Positions 15,774 through 25,191 of a stretch of 38,028 nt of DNA are shown here, in pieces (position 1 is the first letter of the stretch; every line of letters starts with the position of its first letter). This DNA is from a virus. Taxonomy: Duplodnaviria; Caudoviricetes. The stretch spans positions 1 to 38,028 of IMG/VR virus record IMGVR_UViG_3300037478_000472; one strand, written 5' to 3'. Under the pieces are notes generated by a model. The model saw only the letters and a program-made list of their open reading frames with translations, was not told where the DNA came from and searched no databases. The position numbers were made by a program, and so were the translations under genes.

Positions 15774-17870
15774 GTGATGAGCGCGGTGTCGGACGCAGAT
15801 GAGGACGCGATCAGCCTATCGCTGTTTCGTAATGCGTTCGACAACGAACCGCGGCGCGTAGAGGTGTCCTGGGAATACCTGGTCGATCGCCTCTGCGCGC
15901 CGCCGGTTGTGCTCGCCAAGAAGGAATACGTGCTCTCGTACTCGCCTGCCATCTTTCGCGGCGAGCGCGGCAAGGAGACGGTCGAGCAGGTTTCGTTCCT
16001 ATCGTTCGATCTGGACGACATCCCTGCGGAAGCCTTCCAAGATGTTCGCAGGCGTATCGCCGGGCTTGCCGCGGTGGTCTACTCGACGTTCCAGCACGCC
16101 GATGCGCTGACGCGCAACGAAGGCCGCTATCGGCTCGTACTCCGCCTCTCTAGGGCCGTTCTTGCTTCGGAATGGGAACTGTTCTGGTACCGAGCTCGAG
16201 CGCGGTACGCGCCGGATGCGGACGAGCAGTGCACCGACGCCTCGCGGATCTACTTTCTGCCGTGCGTCCCATCGGAGGACGCGATCGCTCGGCACGAGGC
16301 GTTCGCGCTCGAGGGCGCGGCCATCGACGTTGACGAAATCCTACGCGAGCCGGAGCCAAAGCGCCGCGAACCTGCCACCGACGGGTGGAGCCGTGCGATA
16401 GCGATGATGGGTGCCACGCAAGCTCCCAACGGTGGGGAGCGATGGGCACGAACCGCGCTCGAGAACGAAGCGAACGTGCTGATCAATGCCGAGAAGGGCA
16501 CTCGAAACAGTCAGCTGAACAAGTCGGCTTTCAATCTTGGACAGATCGTCGCCGGCGGTGGGCTAACCGAGTCCGAGGTCGTCTATGCGCTCCTCGGCGC
16601 ATGCGCGCAGAACGGTCTGATCGCCGATGACGGCGAGCTCTCCGCGAGGCGCACGCTGCGCAGCGGTCTGGAGAAGGGCCAAAAGAATCCGAGGGCGCCT
16701 CGCCCAAAAGGCGATGAGCGGGTGAGCGGAGTGCACGTAGCACCAAAAGAAGCCGAGAAGCCCGCACCGGCGAGCACCGTCGCTACGCCCGCCACAGTGC
16801 TCGCCAGCTGGCTCACAAGCGGTCCGCTGCTGCACGAGCCCACCGGGCTCCCAAAGCTCGACGCCGCCACCGGTGGCGGGCCTGTGTACGGGCGCCTGTG
16901 GATCATCCCTGGTGCGCCCAACGCGGGAAAGACCTTCCTGCTCGTCCACATCGCTCACGAGTACGCGTTGCGCGGCGTCCTCGTAGGCCTGCTCGCCGTC
17001 GACGAAGAGGCTGACGACGTAGTCACCAGGCTTGCCCAACGTGTCGGCTTCTCTCGTGTTGCATGCGAGACCCGCGGGCTTGCCGAGGTCGAGTCGATGA
17101 CCCGACGGATCGGAGACCTGTTGATCCGCATCTACGATGAGTCGTGGACCATCGACGGCGCTGCCGACGACCTGGTGCAGCATGCAAAGGAGCTTGGACG
17201 CCGAGCCATGCTCGGTGTTGACTCGCTCCAGACGGTGCGGTGCACCGCCGAGCTCGCTACCAAGCGGGAGCTTGGCGAGCACCAGGCGATCGCCGCCCGT
17301 GTGCTGACGCTCAAGAGCAAGGCACGGTGCGGCGAGTTCGTGGCGATCGCCACCAGCGAGATGCCGCGTACACAGTACCGGTCCAAGAGCGCGAAGGCTG
17401 ACGCCAACCCGCTCGCGGCCGGCAAGGGCAGCGGTGCCATCGAGTACGGCGCTCGCGTCCAGCTGGGGATGACGTCGCTTCAGGGTGAGCCCGACGTGGT
17501 CCAGCTCGAGCTGGCGAAGAACAAGCAGGGGAAGGACCTGCTCGCCGACAACGACGAAGCGATCTATCTGCGGATCGACCGCGCGGCCCAGCGTCTCGAG
17601 GAGACGGAGAAGCCACAGGCTCAAAAGGAGCAGACGGCCGACGAGTCGATGGCTGAGGCGGCGAAGCACGAGAAGCTCAGCAACGAGCTCGTGTTGGCCA
17701 TCCTGAAGGCTCGGACACCTATCACGAGCCGTAAGGACCTCTGCCGCCTTGTCCGTGGGCGCCGCGAAGATATCGAAGCCGCGGTGTCTTCTCTTCTGTA
17801 CTCGGGACGGATCAAAGGTGGCCGTGGTGCCCCCTACCAGGTGTCCTACAACGGTGAGGAAAATGGGTAG
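15774..17870 (+). CDS. Primase-helicase fusion (primase-like N-terminus, DnaB/RecA-type helicase, C-terminal winged-helix-like region)
   Basis: SFDLDD and STFQH...RYRLVL; GTRNSQLN; Walker A GAPNAGKT; Walker B LGVDSLQ; GSGAIEY; LAKNK. Confidence 0.88.
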   Translation: MMSAVSDADEDAISLSLFRNAFDNEPRRVEVSWEYLVDRLCAPPVVLAKKEYVLSYSPAIFRGERGKETVEQVSFLSFDLDDIPAEAFQDVRRRIAGLAAVVYSTFQHADALTRNEGRYRLVLRLSRAVLASEWELFWYRARARYAPDADEQCTDASRIYFLPCVPSEDAIARHEAFALEGAAIDVDEILREPEPKRREPATDGWSRAIAMMGATQAPNGGERWARTALENEANVLINAEKGTRNSQLNKSAFNLGQIVAGGGLTESEVVYALLGACAQNGLIADDGELSARRTLRSGLEKGQKNPRAPRPKGDERVSGVHVAPKEAEKPAPASTVATPATVLASWLTSGPLLHEPTGLPKLDAATGGGPVYGRLWIIPGAPNAGKTFLLVHIAHEYALRGVLVGLLAVDEEADDVVTRLAQRVGFSRVACETRGLAEVESMTRRIGDLLIRIYDESWTIDGAADDLVQHAKELGRRAMLGVDSLQTVRCTAELATKRELGEHQAIAARVLTLKSKARCGEFVAIATSEMPRTQYRSKSAKADANPLAAGKGSGAIEYGARVQLGMTSLQGEPDVVQLELAKNKQGKDLLADNDEAIYLRIDRAAQRLEETEKPQAQKEQTADESMAEAAKHEKLSNELVLAILKARTPITSRKDLCRLVRGRREDIEAAVSSLLYSGRIKGGRGAPYQVSYNGEENG

Positions 17871-17895
17871 CTGATGGACCTCAAACATGAAGCCC

Positions 17896-18084
17896 GGGAA
17901 GCGCTTCCGGGAAGCGGCGGAGCACAAATCCGAGACCGCTTCCCGATCGCTTCCCGTGGTCCGGAGGACCACGGGAAGCGGGAAGCTGTCGAGGTTTGTG
18001 CATGTCCGCCGGAAGCGGTCCAATGCGGGAGCGGAGGCGGGAAGCGGGAAGCGATGGGAAGCGATCGGGAAGCGATGGGAAGCG
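17896..18084. repeat. GGGAAGCG iteron-like array with a 15-bp inverted repeat; candidate replication origin
   Basis: At least 10 copies in both orientations; perfect IR at 17948-17962 / 17966-17980. Confidence 0.75.
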
Positions 18085-18438
18085 ATGAACCCTGACCGCG
18101 AGCGCGTGTCCCGGTGGCGTCTCCTCGAGGGCGAGGAGCTGGCTCGCCTCCGAGCTCAGGCCGGCCACCTCGGGCACGTGGACCGAGCTCGTGTGTGCAT
18201 CGAGCTCGACCACACGACCGGAAAGACCAGCGAGCGCATCGACATGGTCTTCGCTCCACGCATGCCGATGGCTAGTAGCTCAACTGGAAGAGCGGCGGAT
18301 TTTGGTCCCGCAGGTTCGGGGTTCGAGCCCCCGCTAGCCAATGCTCCACGCACCGAGGCACGTCCGGACCTGACCACGACCACCCCCCTGGCAGATCCGT
18401 GCGTGCCTCGGTCTGTGGACCGAGAGGAGGGGCGATGA
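18085..18438 (+). CDS. Hypothetical ORF spanning the tRNA
   Basis: ATG at the end of the iteron array; ends ATGA-coupled to the next gene. Confidence 0.4.
   Translation: MNPDRERVSRWRLLEGEELARLRAQAGHLGHVDRARVCIELDHTTGKTSERIDMVFAPRMPMASSSTGRAADFGPAGSGFEPPLANAPRTEARPDLTTTTPLADPCVPRSVDREEGR
18269..18341 (+). tRNA. tRNA-Gln(UUG), no encoded CCA
   Basis: TGGCTAG/CTAGCCA acceptor stem, GCTC/GAGC D stem, loop TTTTGGT, T arm CGGGG-TTCGAGC-CCCCG. Confidence 0.85.
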
Positions 18439-18608
18439 GGCCGTGCACGACCACGTACGACGGTGACCTGATGCCACGTGGCAGGTACCACAGCTGCGGG
18501 CACGAGCTCGTCCACCGCGGTGGCACGCTCGTGATGCGGCGCGTCTGCCCGAACTGCCCACGCGAAGACAGGCGCTCAGGCCCGCGCGTGCCGGAGGAGG
18601 AGCGATGA
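18435..18608 (+). CDS. Small Zn-ribbon-like protein
   Basis: HSCGH...CPNC; GAGGAGG RBS. Confidence 0.6.
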   Translation: MRPCTTTYDGDLMPRGRYHSCGHELVHRGGTLVMRRVCPNCPREDRRSGPRVPEEER

Positions 18609-18943
18609 GCTTACGAGTCAGAACCTACGCGCTCCTTGAGCGTGCCATTGAGGACGGCGCTGAGCGTGGCTGGCTGCGAGCGCACAAGGACGTTGATTCG
18701 CCGGACGTGGAGGCGATCCACGAGGCGATACGGGAATGCGTCCTGTTCGAGGTGATGGAGTACTTCGAGTGCGATGACGACGCGATGCCGGTGAAGGCAG
18801 ACGCGTTCAAGTGCCGGAACTGCGGCAAGCATCACTCCGTTCCGCTGATCGACCACGCCGGCTACGTCTGCCTAGCGTGCGGCGATGTGGAGAGCCTGAA
18901 GGCGCGCGAGCTGCGCAAGTACAGGGAGGTACCAGGTGTCTGA
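18605..18943 (+). CDS. Hypothetical protein with a C-terminal Zn ribbon
   Basis: CRNCG...CLACG. Confidence 0.65.
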   Translation: MSLRVRTYALLERAIEDGAERGWLRAHKDVDSPDVEAIHEAIRECVLFEVMEYFECDDDAMPVKADAFKCRNCGKHHSVPLIDHAGYVCLACGDVESLKARELRKYREVPGV

Positions 18944-19178
18944 CCAAGTCTACGACCGAGCTCGGCTCGCTGCCGAGCTGAAGCACGTTGCGTTGCGCAA
19001 GGCGGCACGGAATTACATCGCACCGCGCTCTCTCGCCGCCCATCGTGGGCCGAAGACGCAGGGCCGCATCGCGCCCGCGCCGCCAGCGCAACGCTGCTCG
19101 AGCTGCGAGCGCAGCCACTGGCATCCGGCCGGCTGCGAGCAGTGCGTAGCCTGCGAGCTGCGGAGGGTGCGGCGATGA
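18936..19178 (+). CDS. Small Cys-rich protein
   Basis: CSSC...CEQCVAC; GGAGG upstream. Confidence 0.55.
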   Translation: MSDQVYDRARLAAELKHVALRKAARNYIAPRSLAAHRGPKTQGRIAPAPPAQRCSSCERSHWHPAGCEQCVACELRRVRR

Positions 19179-19375
19179 CCAAGCGGCGACGCGTACAGCT
19201 CGTGGACCGTGACGGGCAGCTGAAGGGCTGGGTGGAGCTAGATGGGCATGGGCACTTGCCGGACACCCTCCAACTCGTGGAAGGCGGCAGCCCGTACGAG
19301 AGCTACGAGCTCGTCGCTGAGACGTTCGTGCCTGTCTACCGTCGGTGTGCCCCAGGCGAAACGGAGCACCGGTGA
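19175..19375 (+). CDS. Hypothetical protein
   Basis: ATGA-coupled. Confidence 0.55.
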   Translation: MTKRRRVQLVDRDGQLKGWVELDGHGHLPDTLQLVEGGSPYESYELVAETFVPVYRRCAPGETEHR

Positions 19376-19614
19376 GCACGCCGATGGACGAGGTGCTCGA
19401 CATCATCGCCGAGCTGGTAATGCAGCATTGCAAAAAGCAGCCGGACGGCGGCTATCACTCCGGCTTCATCGGGGTGAACGGGTCAGCGATCCGGCTCCTC
19501 GGGGAACACGGTCGCGCGCGAGTAGTAGACGGCGCTGGCCGAGGCGCGACGGCGTATTTCAATCAGTACGCGCCACTGCTTGGCGGCGCAGTGACCAGGC
19601 CGGAGGAGCGGTGA
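19372..19614 (+). CDS. Hypothetical protein
   Basis: GTGA-coupled. Confidence 0.55.
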   Translation: MSTPMDEVLDIIAELVMQHCKKQPDGGYHSGFIGVNGSAIRLLGEHGRARVVDGAGRGATAYFNQYAPLLGGAVTRPEER

Positions 19615-19886
19615 GCGCTCCGAGGTGTAAGGTCTCTCTGCCGGATTTCGTGGCAGCACACGGCGAGCGCCTGCGTCGGTACCACGCGGTGCACTCGACA
19701 TGGGGCGTAGCCCTCCACGTCTGCCTTGACGATGGGAACTGGACGATGCTGGACGAGTCGAGCGCGCAGTACGCAGAGAAGTGCGGTGACCATGAGGGCG
19801 CCGAGCTTGCCCGGTTGGTGATGCAGCTCTCTCCTAGTCAGCGAAAGCGGCTGGAGCGCAAGCTGTACGAAAGGCCCAAGCGGTGA
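19611..19886 (+). CDS. Hypothetical phage protein (LHVCLDDGN motif)
   Basis: GGAGGAG RBS; coupled to TerS. Confidence 0.6.
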   Translation: MSAPRCKVSLPDFVAAHGERLRRYHAVHSTWGVALHVCLDDGNWTMLDESSAQYAEKCGDHEGAELARLVMQLSPSQRKRLERKLYERPKR

Positions 19887-20362
19887 GCGCAGCCATGGCC
19901 AAGCCCCCCAAGACCAGCGCACTCGACGCCCTGCCGCCGAAGCGGAGAGCGTTCGTGCTGGAGCTGGTCGGGAAGGCCGCCGGGAACGCCACAGAGGCGG
20001 CACGGAGCGCCGGGTACGCGAAGCCTGGCGAAGAGGGGTATCGACTGCTCAAGAATGCTCAAGTCGCGGCAGCGCTGAGTGAGCTCCGTTCGAAGCGCGA
20101 AAACGCGAAGATCGCGACCGCAGAGGAGCTCCGCCAGTTCTGGACCTCCGTCCAGCGCGGCGAGATACCGCCGGACGGTTCGGCGGCGTTGCGCGATCGC
20201 ATCAAGGCGAGCGAGCTCCTCGGCAAGAGCCAGGCGATGTTCCTCGATCGCGTGGAGCACAGCGGTCAGCCGCAGACGCAGATCGCAATCGTGGTGCACA
20301 CGCCCGAGGAGCAGGCGCGTGTGCTCGAGTTGGCCAAGCCAGGGAAGGGAGAAGAGCGATGA
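19883..20362 (+). CDS. terS: Terminase small subunit
   Basis: KRRAFV...GNATEAARSAGY...GYRLLKN...IKASELLGK. Confidence 0.9.
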   Translation: MSAAMAKPPKTSALDALPPKRRAFVLELVGKAAGNATEAARSAGYAKPGEEGYRLLKNAQVAAALSELRSKRENAKIATAEELRQFWTSVQRGEIPPDGSAALRDRIKASELLGKSQAMFLDRVEHSGQPQTQIAIVVHTPEEQARVLELAKPGKGEER

Positions 20363-20547
20363 AACACAGTGACATGGCGGAGAGATGGTTGGACGCCAAG
20401 CTCGGACCGGCACACACAGACGAGCTCGGCCGCAGATGGTGTGTGGTGCACGTGGAGTGCGATGGCGACCCGCGTGTCGAGGTTATGGAGCTGCTGGGCA
20501 GCGAGAAGCCCAAGCGCAAGCATGCGAAGGCGCTTCACGATGAGTGA
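20359..20547 (+). CDS. Hypothetical protein
   Basis: ATGA-coupled to TerS. Confidence 0.5.
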   Translation: MKHSDMAERWLDAKLGPAHTDELGRRWCVVHVECDGDPRVEVMELLGSEKPKRKHAKALHDE

Positions 20548-20974
20548 GTTCGCGTTCGAGCTCTCGGGCCAGCGCGTCCCGACACCGCAGAGCGACGGTG
20601 TGGTGCTGTGCGTGCTCGACAGCGAGGCGAGCATCGACAACCGCACTGGCATCGTGACGAAGACAGGTGACCGCATGCACAAGCGTGGCCTTGTGATCGC
20701 CGTCGGACCTGGCAAGCGTCACCCGCGCACTGACGCACTGCTGCCGATGGAGCTGCGCGTCGGTGACTGTGTGCTCTACGAGGAGTGGAGACTGCAGTGG
20801 CATTCTGGCGTGGGACCATGGCCTGCAGCGGGTGACCTCGTGCTGCTGCGTGAGGAAGCGGTCGTGATGGTGTTGGATGACCCCGAGACGCAGGTCGATG
20901 TCAGGTTCCGGCTCATGCCTGAAGCGCCTGACGACAACCTGCCGGCGAGCGGGATTCACAGGAGTAGCTACTGA
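20540..20974 (+). CDS. GroES/Cpn10-like co-chaperonin
   Basis: P..D.VV, TGIV, RGLVIAVGPG, PMELRVGDCVLY and LLREEAVV follow the Cpn10 motif order. Confidence 0.85.
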   Translation: MSEFAFELSGQRVPTPQSDGVVLCVLDSEASIDNRTGIVTKTGDRMHKRGLVIAVGPGKRHPRTDALLPMELRVGDCVLYEEWRLQWHSGVGPWPAAGDLVLLREEAVVMVLDDPETQVDVRFRLMPEAPDDNLPASGIHRSSY

Positions 20975-21345
20975 TGAGCGCAGCAAGCAAAGCAGTTAGG
21001 GCCGAGCGCCGCGCACAAGAGCGTGAAGAGGAACCGGTGAAGGAGGCGCGCATCCGTGCCATCGCGATCATCGCAGACGGTGGCGGCTACCGCGTAGCGC
21101 GGTTCTCGTTGCCTACGAGCGTGGCGCAGGAGCACTGTGACTCGATGTCCGAGCCGGAGATGCTGGACATCCGACTTGCGGAGGGCTCTGACGCTCTGCG
21201 CGACATGGTGACGACGCTCGATGGGCTCGATGCACAGCCGCGTGAGACGTGCCCGACGTGTGGGCACGCTGCACTCATCCGGCACCCGACCAAGACCGTG
21301 TGGATGTGCGCCGCGTGCGATGCGCGGCATGAGGTGAGCGCATGA
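20974..21345 (+). CDS. Hypothetical protein with a C-terminal Zn ribbon
   Basis: CPTCG...WMCAAC. Confidence 0.6.
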   Translation: MSAASKAVRAERRAQEREEEPVKEARIRAIAIIADGGGYRVARFSLPTSVAQEHCDSMSEPEMLDIRLAEGSDALRDMVTTLDGLDAQPRETCPTCGHAALIRHPTKTVWMCAACDARHEVSA

Positions 21346-21593
21346 TCGAGCTCAGTATCGCACTCGGCACCGTCGGCCTCGTGGCCATCATCGCAGCTCG
21401 GGATGTTGCGCTGCGCTACTTCGCAGCCAAGCTCGTGGGCAAGAGAGCTGACGACGTGGAAGCGCTCGCTGCGGTCGTGGAGCAGAACCGTGCCGAGCTG
21501 ACCAAGCGCCTGGACGATGTAGCAGTGGACGCGGCAGAGGGCGCACGAGCTGCACGTGAACAGCGTCTCAGGCGTGTAGGAGGCGGTCGGTAG
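21342..21593 (+). CDS. Small N-terminal TM protein
   Basis: IELSIALGTVGLVAIIAA followed by a coiled coil. Confidence 0.6.
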   Translation: MIELSIALGTVGLVAIIAARDVALRYFAAKLVGKRADDVEALAAVVEQNRAELTKRLDDVAVDAAEGARAAREQRLRRVGGGR

Positions 21594-23086
21594 TGACGCT
21601 CGACGACGCCATCGCGCAGTACGGTGAGGAGGCGTTGCGACCCGCAGCGCGTCACACCATGTGGCGTCAAGGTGACCTGAGCTACCTGCTTCACGACGGG
21701 CAGCTCGTAGCGCGAGAGCTCATTCTGCAAGCGAGAGCCGCTGGCCATCGCGCTGTCGTGAACACGGGCCGACGCTGGGGCAAGAGCAGGCTGTTCGTCG
21801 TGATGGCGGCGGAGCGGTGTCTGAAGCAGCCAGGCGCGCGCATCCCGTACGCGGCGCCGACTGAGACGCAGGTGCAGGAATTCGTGCTGCCGCATTGGCG
21901 GCTACTCGCTGAGCATGCACCGCCCGAGCTGCGTCCGGTGGAGAAGGGCGGCGACTGGGTGTTCCCCAACGGGAGCCGTGTCGTCATCTCCGGCTGCGAA
22001 GATCGACGCAAGGCAGACAGGCTGCGCGGACCATCGGCCGATGATGCCTACCTCGATGAGGCGGGCTTCGTGTCGATCACCGACTACGTCGTGCGCTCGG
22101 TGCTCGGCCCGCAGCTCTGGACGACCGGCGGTCAGCTGTGTGTGTCGTCCACGCCGCCGGAGAGCCCCGATCATCCCTTCGTGGCGCTCCTCGAGGAAGC
22201 GCAGGCGAACGGCTCCTACTTCCACGCTACGACGTCCTCTGCACCGCACATGACGCCGGCATTGCTCGCCAAGGCGATCGATGACTGCGGCGGCGTGGAC
22301 AGCATCACATGGCAGCGAGAGGGGCTGGCGCGCATCGTCGTCGACCCTGAGCGTACCGTGCTGCCCGAGCTCACGGAGTTCGAGACGATCACCGTGTGCG
22401 AGCACCAGCGGCCCGAGTACTACCTGCCGCATGCGATTGGCGATGCGGGCTTCGTCGACCTCGATGTGATTGCGTTCGGCTATCACGACTTCGTGCACGA
22501 CCTGGACGTGATCGAAGACGAGCTCGTGATGCGGCACGCGCGCAGCGACACGCTGGACGCGTGCGTCGCGCAGAAGGAGCGTGAGCTTTGGGGCAGTCCG
22601 GTAGGCCCGCCGCCGAAGGTGCACCGACGCAGGATCGACGCGCAGCCGAAGGTACGCGCGGACATGAGCCGTGAGGAGTGGCAGGCACAGGATCCGGCGG
22701 ACGCCGTCAGGCATTGGAACGCAGTCTCGCGTGACGGCGGACGTGGAGGCGGCAGGCTACCAGCGAGCGCGAACGCCGCGCGTGTGCGCATCAAGCGCGG
22801 GCGTGTGCGCATCAGCCCGAAGTGCAAGACGATCATCGCGCACAGCAAGTTCGCTCGATGGGACAGCACGCGGTCTGACTTCGAGCGGCCTGAGAACCGC
22901 GAGCACCACTACGACGGGTGCGCAGCGTTGCTGTACTTCCTGCGCGATCTCGACCGTAAGCAGAATCCGTATCCGGCGCTTCCGCCCGGCATCACCGAAG
23001 AGACGCATTACATCCCGCCCGACCTGACCAAGCATCAGCGCGCGGAGCGACTGGCGAAGATCTTTCGCAGGCAGGGGAGACGATGA
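21593..23086 (+). CDS. terL: Terminase large subunit
   Basis: Walker A GRRWGKS; Walker B AYLDEAG; coupling motif SSTP; C-terminal nuclease-like region (HYDG). Confidence 0.92.
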   Translation: MTLDDAIAQYGEEALRPAARHTMWRQGDLSYLLHDGQLVARELILQARAAGHRAVVNTGRRWGKSRLFVVMAAERCLKQPGARIPYAAPTETQVQEFVLPHWRLLAEHAPPELRPVEKGGDWVFPNGSRVVISGCEDRRKADRLRGPSADDAYLDEAGFVSITDYVVRSVLGPQLWTTGGQLCVSSTPPESPDHPFVALLEEAQANGSYFHATTSSAPHMTPALLAKAIDDCGGVDSITWQREGLARIVVDPERTVLPELTEFETITVCEHQRPEYYLPHAIGDAGFVDLDVIAFGYHDFVHDLDVIEDELVMRHARSDTLDACVAQKERELWGSPVGPPPKVHRRRIDAQPKVRADMSREEWQAQDPADAVRHWNAVSRDGGRGGGRLPASANAARVRIKRGRVRISPKCKTIIAHSKFARWDSTRSDFERPENREHHYDGCAALLYFLRDLDRKQNPYPALPPGITEETHYIPPDLTKHQRAERLAKIFRRQGRR

Positions 23087-25191
23087 CCGAACGCAACAGG
23101 CTTCCTTCCGATCGCTATTGGGTCACGCTCGATCCGGTCGACCTCGGTCCTGCGGTCGCGCACCGCTTCAAGTTATACCAAGACGAGCTCGAGGCGCGTG
23201 GCAAGATGGGCGTGCACCGCTTGGCGCGTCGACGCTACTACGGTGGCGACCATGCCGGCCAGAGCAATTCAACCAGCGTCGGCCACGGTGGCGAGCAGGG
23301 AGAATCGAGTGAGCTGACGATCAACCACTACGGCAGCATCATCACGTCCGTGCATTCGATGGTCACGCAGAACAGGCCCGCGTTCAGCGCGAGCGCGCGT
23401 GATGACTCGGCCAAGTCGCTCGCCAGCGTGCAGCTTGCCGATGAGATCCTCGAGTACGAACTACAGCGCGGCGCGGAGGCCGAGCTGATCGACGCTGTGC
23501 GGCGTTTCTTGATCTTCCAGGAGGTAGGCCTCGGAGTCTTTTGGCACGCGGAGTCTGGCGAGGTCGTGCGGCAGACGCCGGTGCTCGATGAGATGGGGCA
23601 GCCGGTCGACGTGCAGGAGGAGCGTTCGGGCGAGCTCCGCACCGAGTGCTTCTCGCCGTGGGACGTCGCACGTGATCTCAGCGCACGCTCGTACAGCGAT
23701 CTGACGTGGATCATTGTTCGGCGAAAGGCGAACAAATGGGACCTCGCCGCGCTCTACCCGGAGCACGAGGACGAAATCCTCGGGCAGCCGACGGCGGACC
23801 GCGTCGATCTCACGCGAGCCATCTCGATCGAGACATCGCGCTCGATGGGCTCTGCGTCTGACACCGTGTACGTGCTCGAGCTCTACCAGTTGCGCACGCC
23901 AGCGTGCCGCGAAGGACGCTACGCGCGCGTGTGCGGTGAGACGACGCTCGAGGCGGGCGATCTGCAGTACAAGCGTTTGCCGGTTGGGCTGCATGCGCCT
24001 GAGCGCACGGTGGACGAAGCGTCGGGCAGCTCACGCACGGTCGATCTGCTCGGGCCGCAAGAGGCCTACGACGCCGTGATGTCGAACCTGATGAGCAACA
24101 ACGATGCCTTCGGGCGCAACAACATCCTCGTGGCGGATGGGCAGGAGGTCGATGTCGATGACCTGAGTGGCCTTCAGCTCTTGACGTACAACATGGTCGA
24201 GGGCGCGCCACCGCCAGGCCCGATGGAGGTACCGCGCCTGAGCGACAGCGACATGCGCTTCGCGGAGATGTTGCAGGAAGACATGCAGTCGCTCAAGGCA
24301 ATCAGCGGCGTGGTACGTGGCGATCCTGAGGAGTCGCTCAAGTCTGGCGCCGCACTTGCGCTCGTCGCTGCGCAGGCCGCGCAACACAACAGCGGTGACC
24401 AGCGTGCGTCATCGGAAATGATCCGCGACTGGGGCAATCGTGTGATCGAGACCTACCGCACGTTCGCTTCCACCAAGCAGGTGATCGAGGTGACGGGCAG
24501 CGATGAGATCCGCACCGCGAAGGAGTTTACTGGCGCCGAGCTCGAGGAAGTGCTGTCGGTACACGTGGAGATCGGTAATCCCTACCTCCGAACGATCCCT
24601 GGCAAGAAAGAGCTCGCGGATTTCTACGCAGACCCGGCGCGCTTCCCGGCCGATCCGCCTCTGACGCGTGACCAGCACATGGCCTTCCAGGCCACGGGCA
24701 GGATCCAGCCGTTCTTCCGGCCAAGCCGTGGTCAGGCGATCGGGATCCGCGAAGAGAACGAAGCGCTCATGCGCGGTGAGCCGCACGAAGGTCTGCGTAC
24801 CGATCATCACGAGAACCACATTCGCGAGCACAAGGCGATGCTCGACGGGCGACGACGCACGGAGCTCTCACCCGAGGTGATCGCCGAGCTCGACAACGCC
24901 ATCCGATGGCACGAGGCGCAGTGGGTTCGAATGACGATCGAGGAGCCTTACACTCTTGCGGCAACGGGCCAGCGTCCTGCTCCGCTCCCGATGCAGGCGC
25001 AGCCGCCGCCGGGTCCTGACGGTCAGCCCGAAGCAGGCGGCGGACCACAGCCGCCGAACGGGAACGGAGGGCCGCCGGGGCCCCCGGAGCAGCCGCCGAA
25101 TGCGCTCGGCGCGCCGCCGAAGCAACCGAGCATGCCAATCAACCCGCAGACCGGTGAGCGCGCGCCGGCAGCTGGAGGAATGCCGCAATGA
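23083..25191 (+). CDS. Portal protein (podovirus/P22-like)
   Basis: Follows TerL; 702 aa; SPWDV, SGAAL, HIREH; Pro/Gln-rich tail. Confidence 0.85.
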   Translation: MTERNRLPSDRYWVTLDPVDLGPAVAHRFKLYQDELEARGKMGVHRLARRRYYGGDHAGQSNSTSVGHGGEQGESSELTINHYGSIITSVHSMVTQNRPAFSASARDDSAKSLASVQLADEILEYELQRGAEAELIDAVRRFLIFQEVGLGVFWHAESGEVVRQTPVLDEMGQPVDVQEERSGELRTECFSPWDVARDLSARSYSDLTWIIVRRKANKWDLAALYPEHEDEILGQPTADRVDLTRAISIETSRSMGSASDTVYVLELYQLRTPACREGRYARVCGETTLEAGDLQYKRLPVGLHAPERTVDEASGSSRTVDLLGPQEAYDAVMSNLMSNNDAFGRNNILVADGQEVDVDDLSGLQLLTYNMVEGAPPPGPMEVPRLSDSDMRFAEMLQEDMQSLKAISGVVRGDPEESLKSGAALALVAAQAAQHNSGDQRASSEMIRDWGNRVIETYRTFASTKQVIEVTGSDEIRTAKEFTGAELEEVLSVHVEIGNPYLRTIPGKKELADFYADPARFPADPPLTRDQHMAFQATGRIQPFFRPSRGQAIGIREENEALMRGEPHEGLRTDHHENHIREHKAMLDGRRRTELSPEVIAELDNAIRWHEAQWVRMTIEEPYTLAATGQRPAPLPMQAQPPPGPDGQPEAGGGPQPPNGNGGPPGPPEQPPNALGAPPKQPSMPINPQTGERAPAAGGMPQ

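Noticed and set aside
17874-18095. 73-aa ORF with REAMGSD repeats
   Set aside because: The peptide repeats derive from a DNA motif present in both orientations, which is better explained as binding sites.
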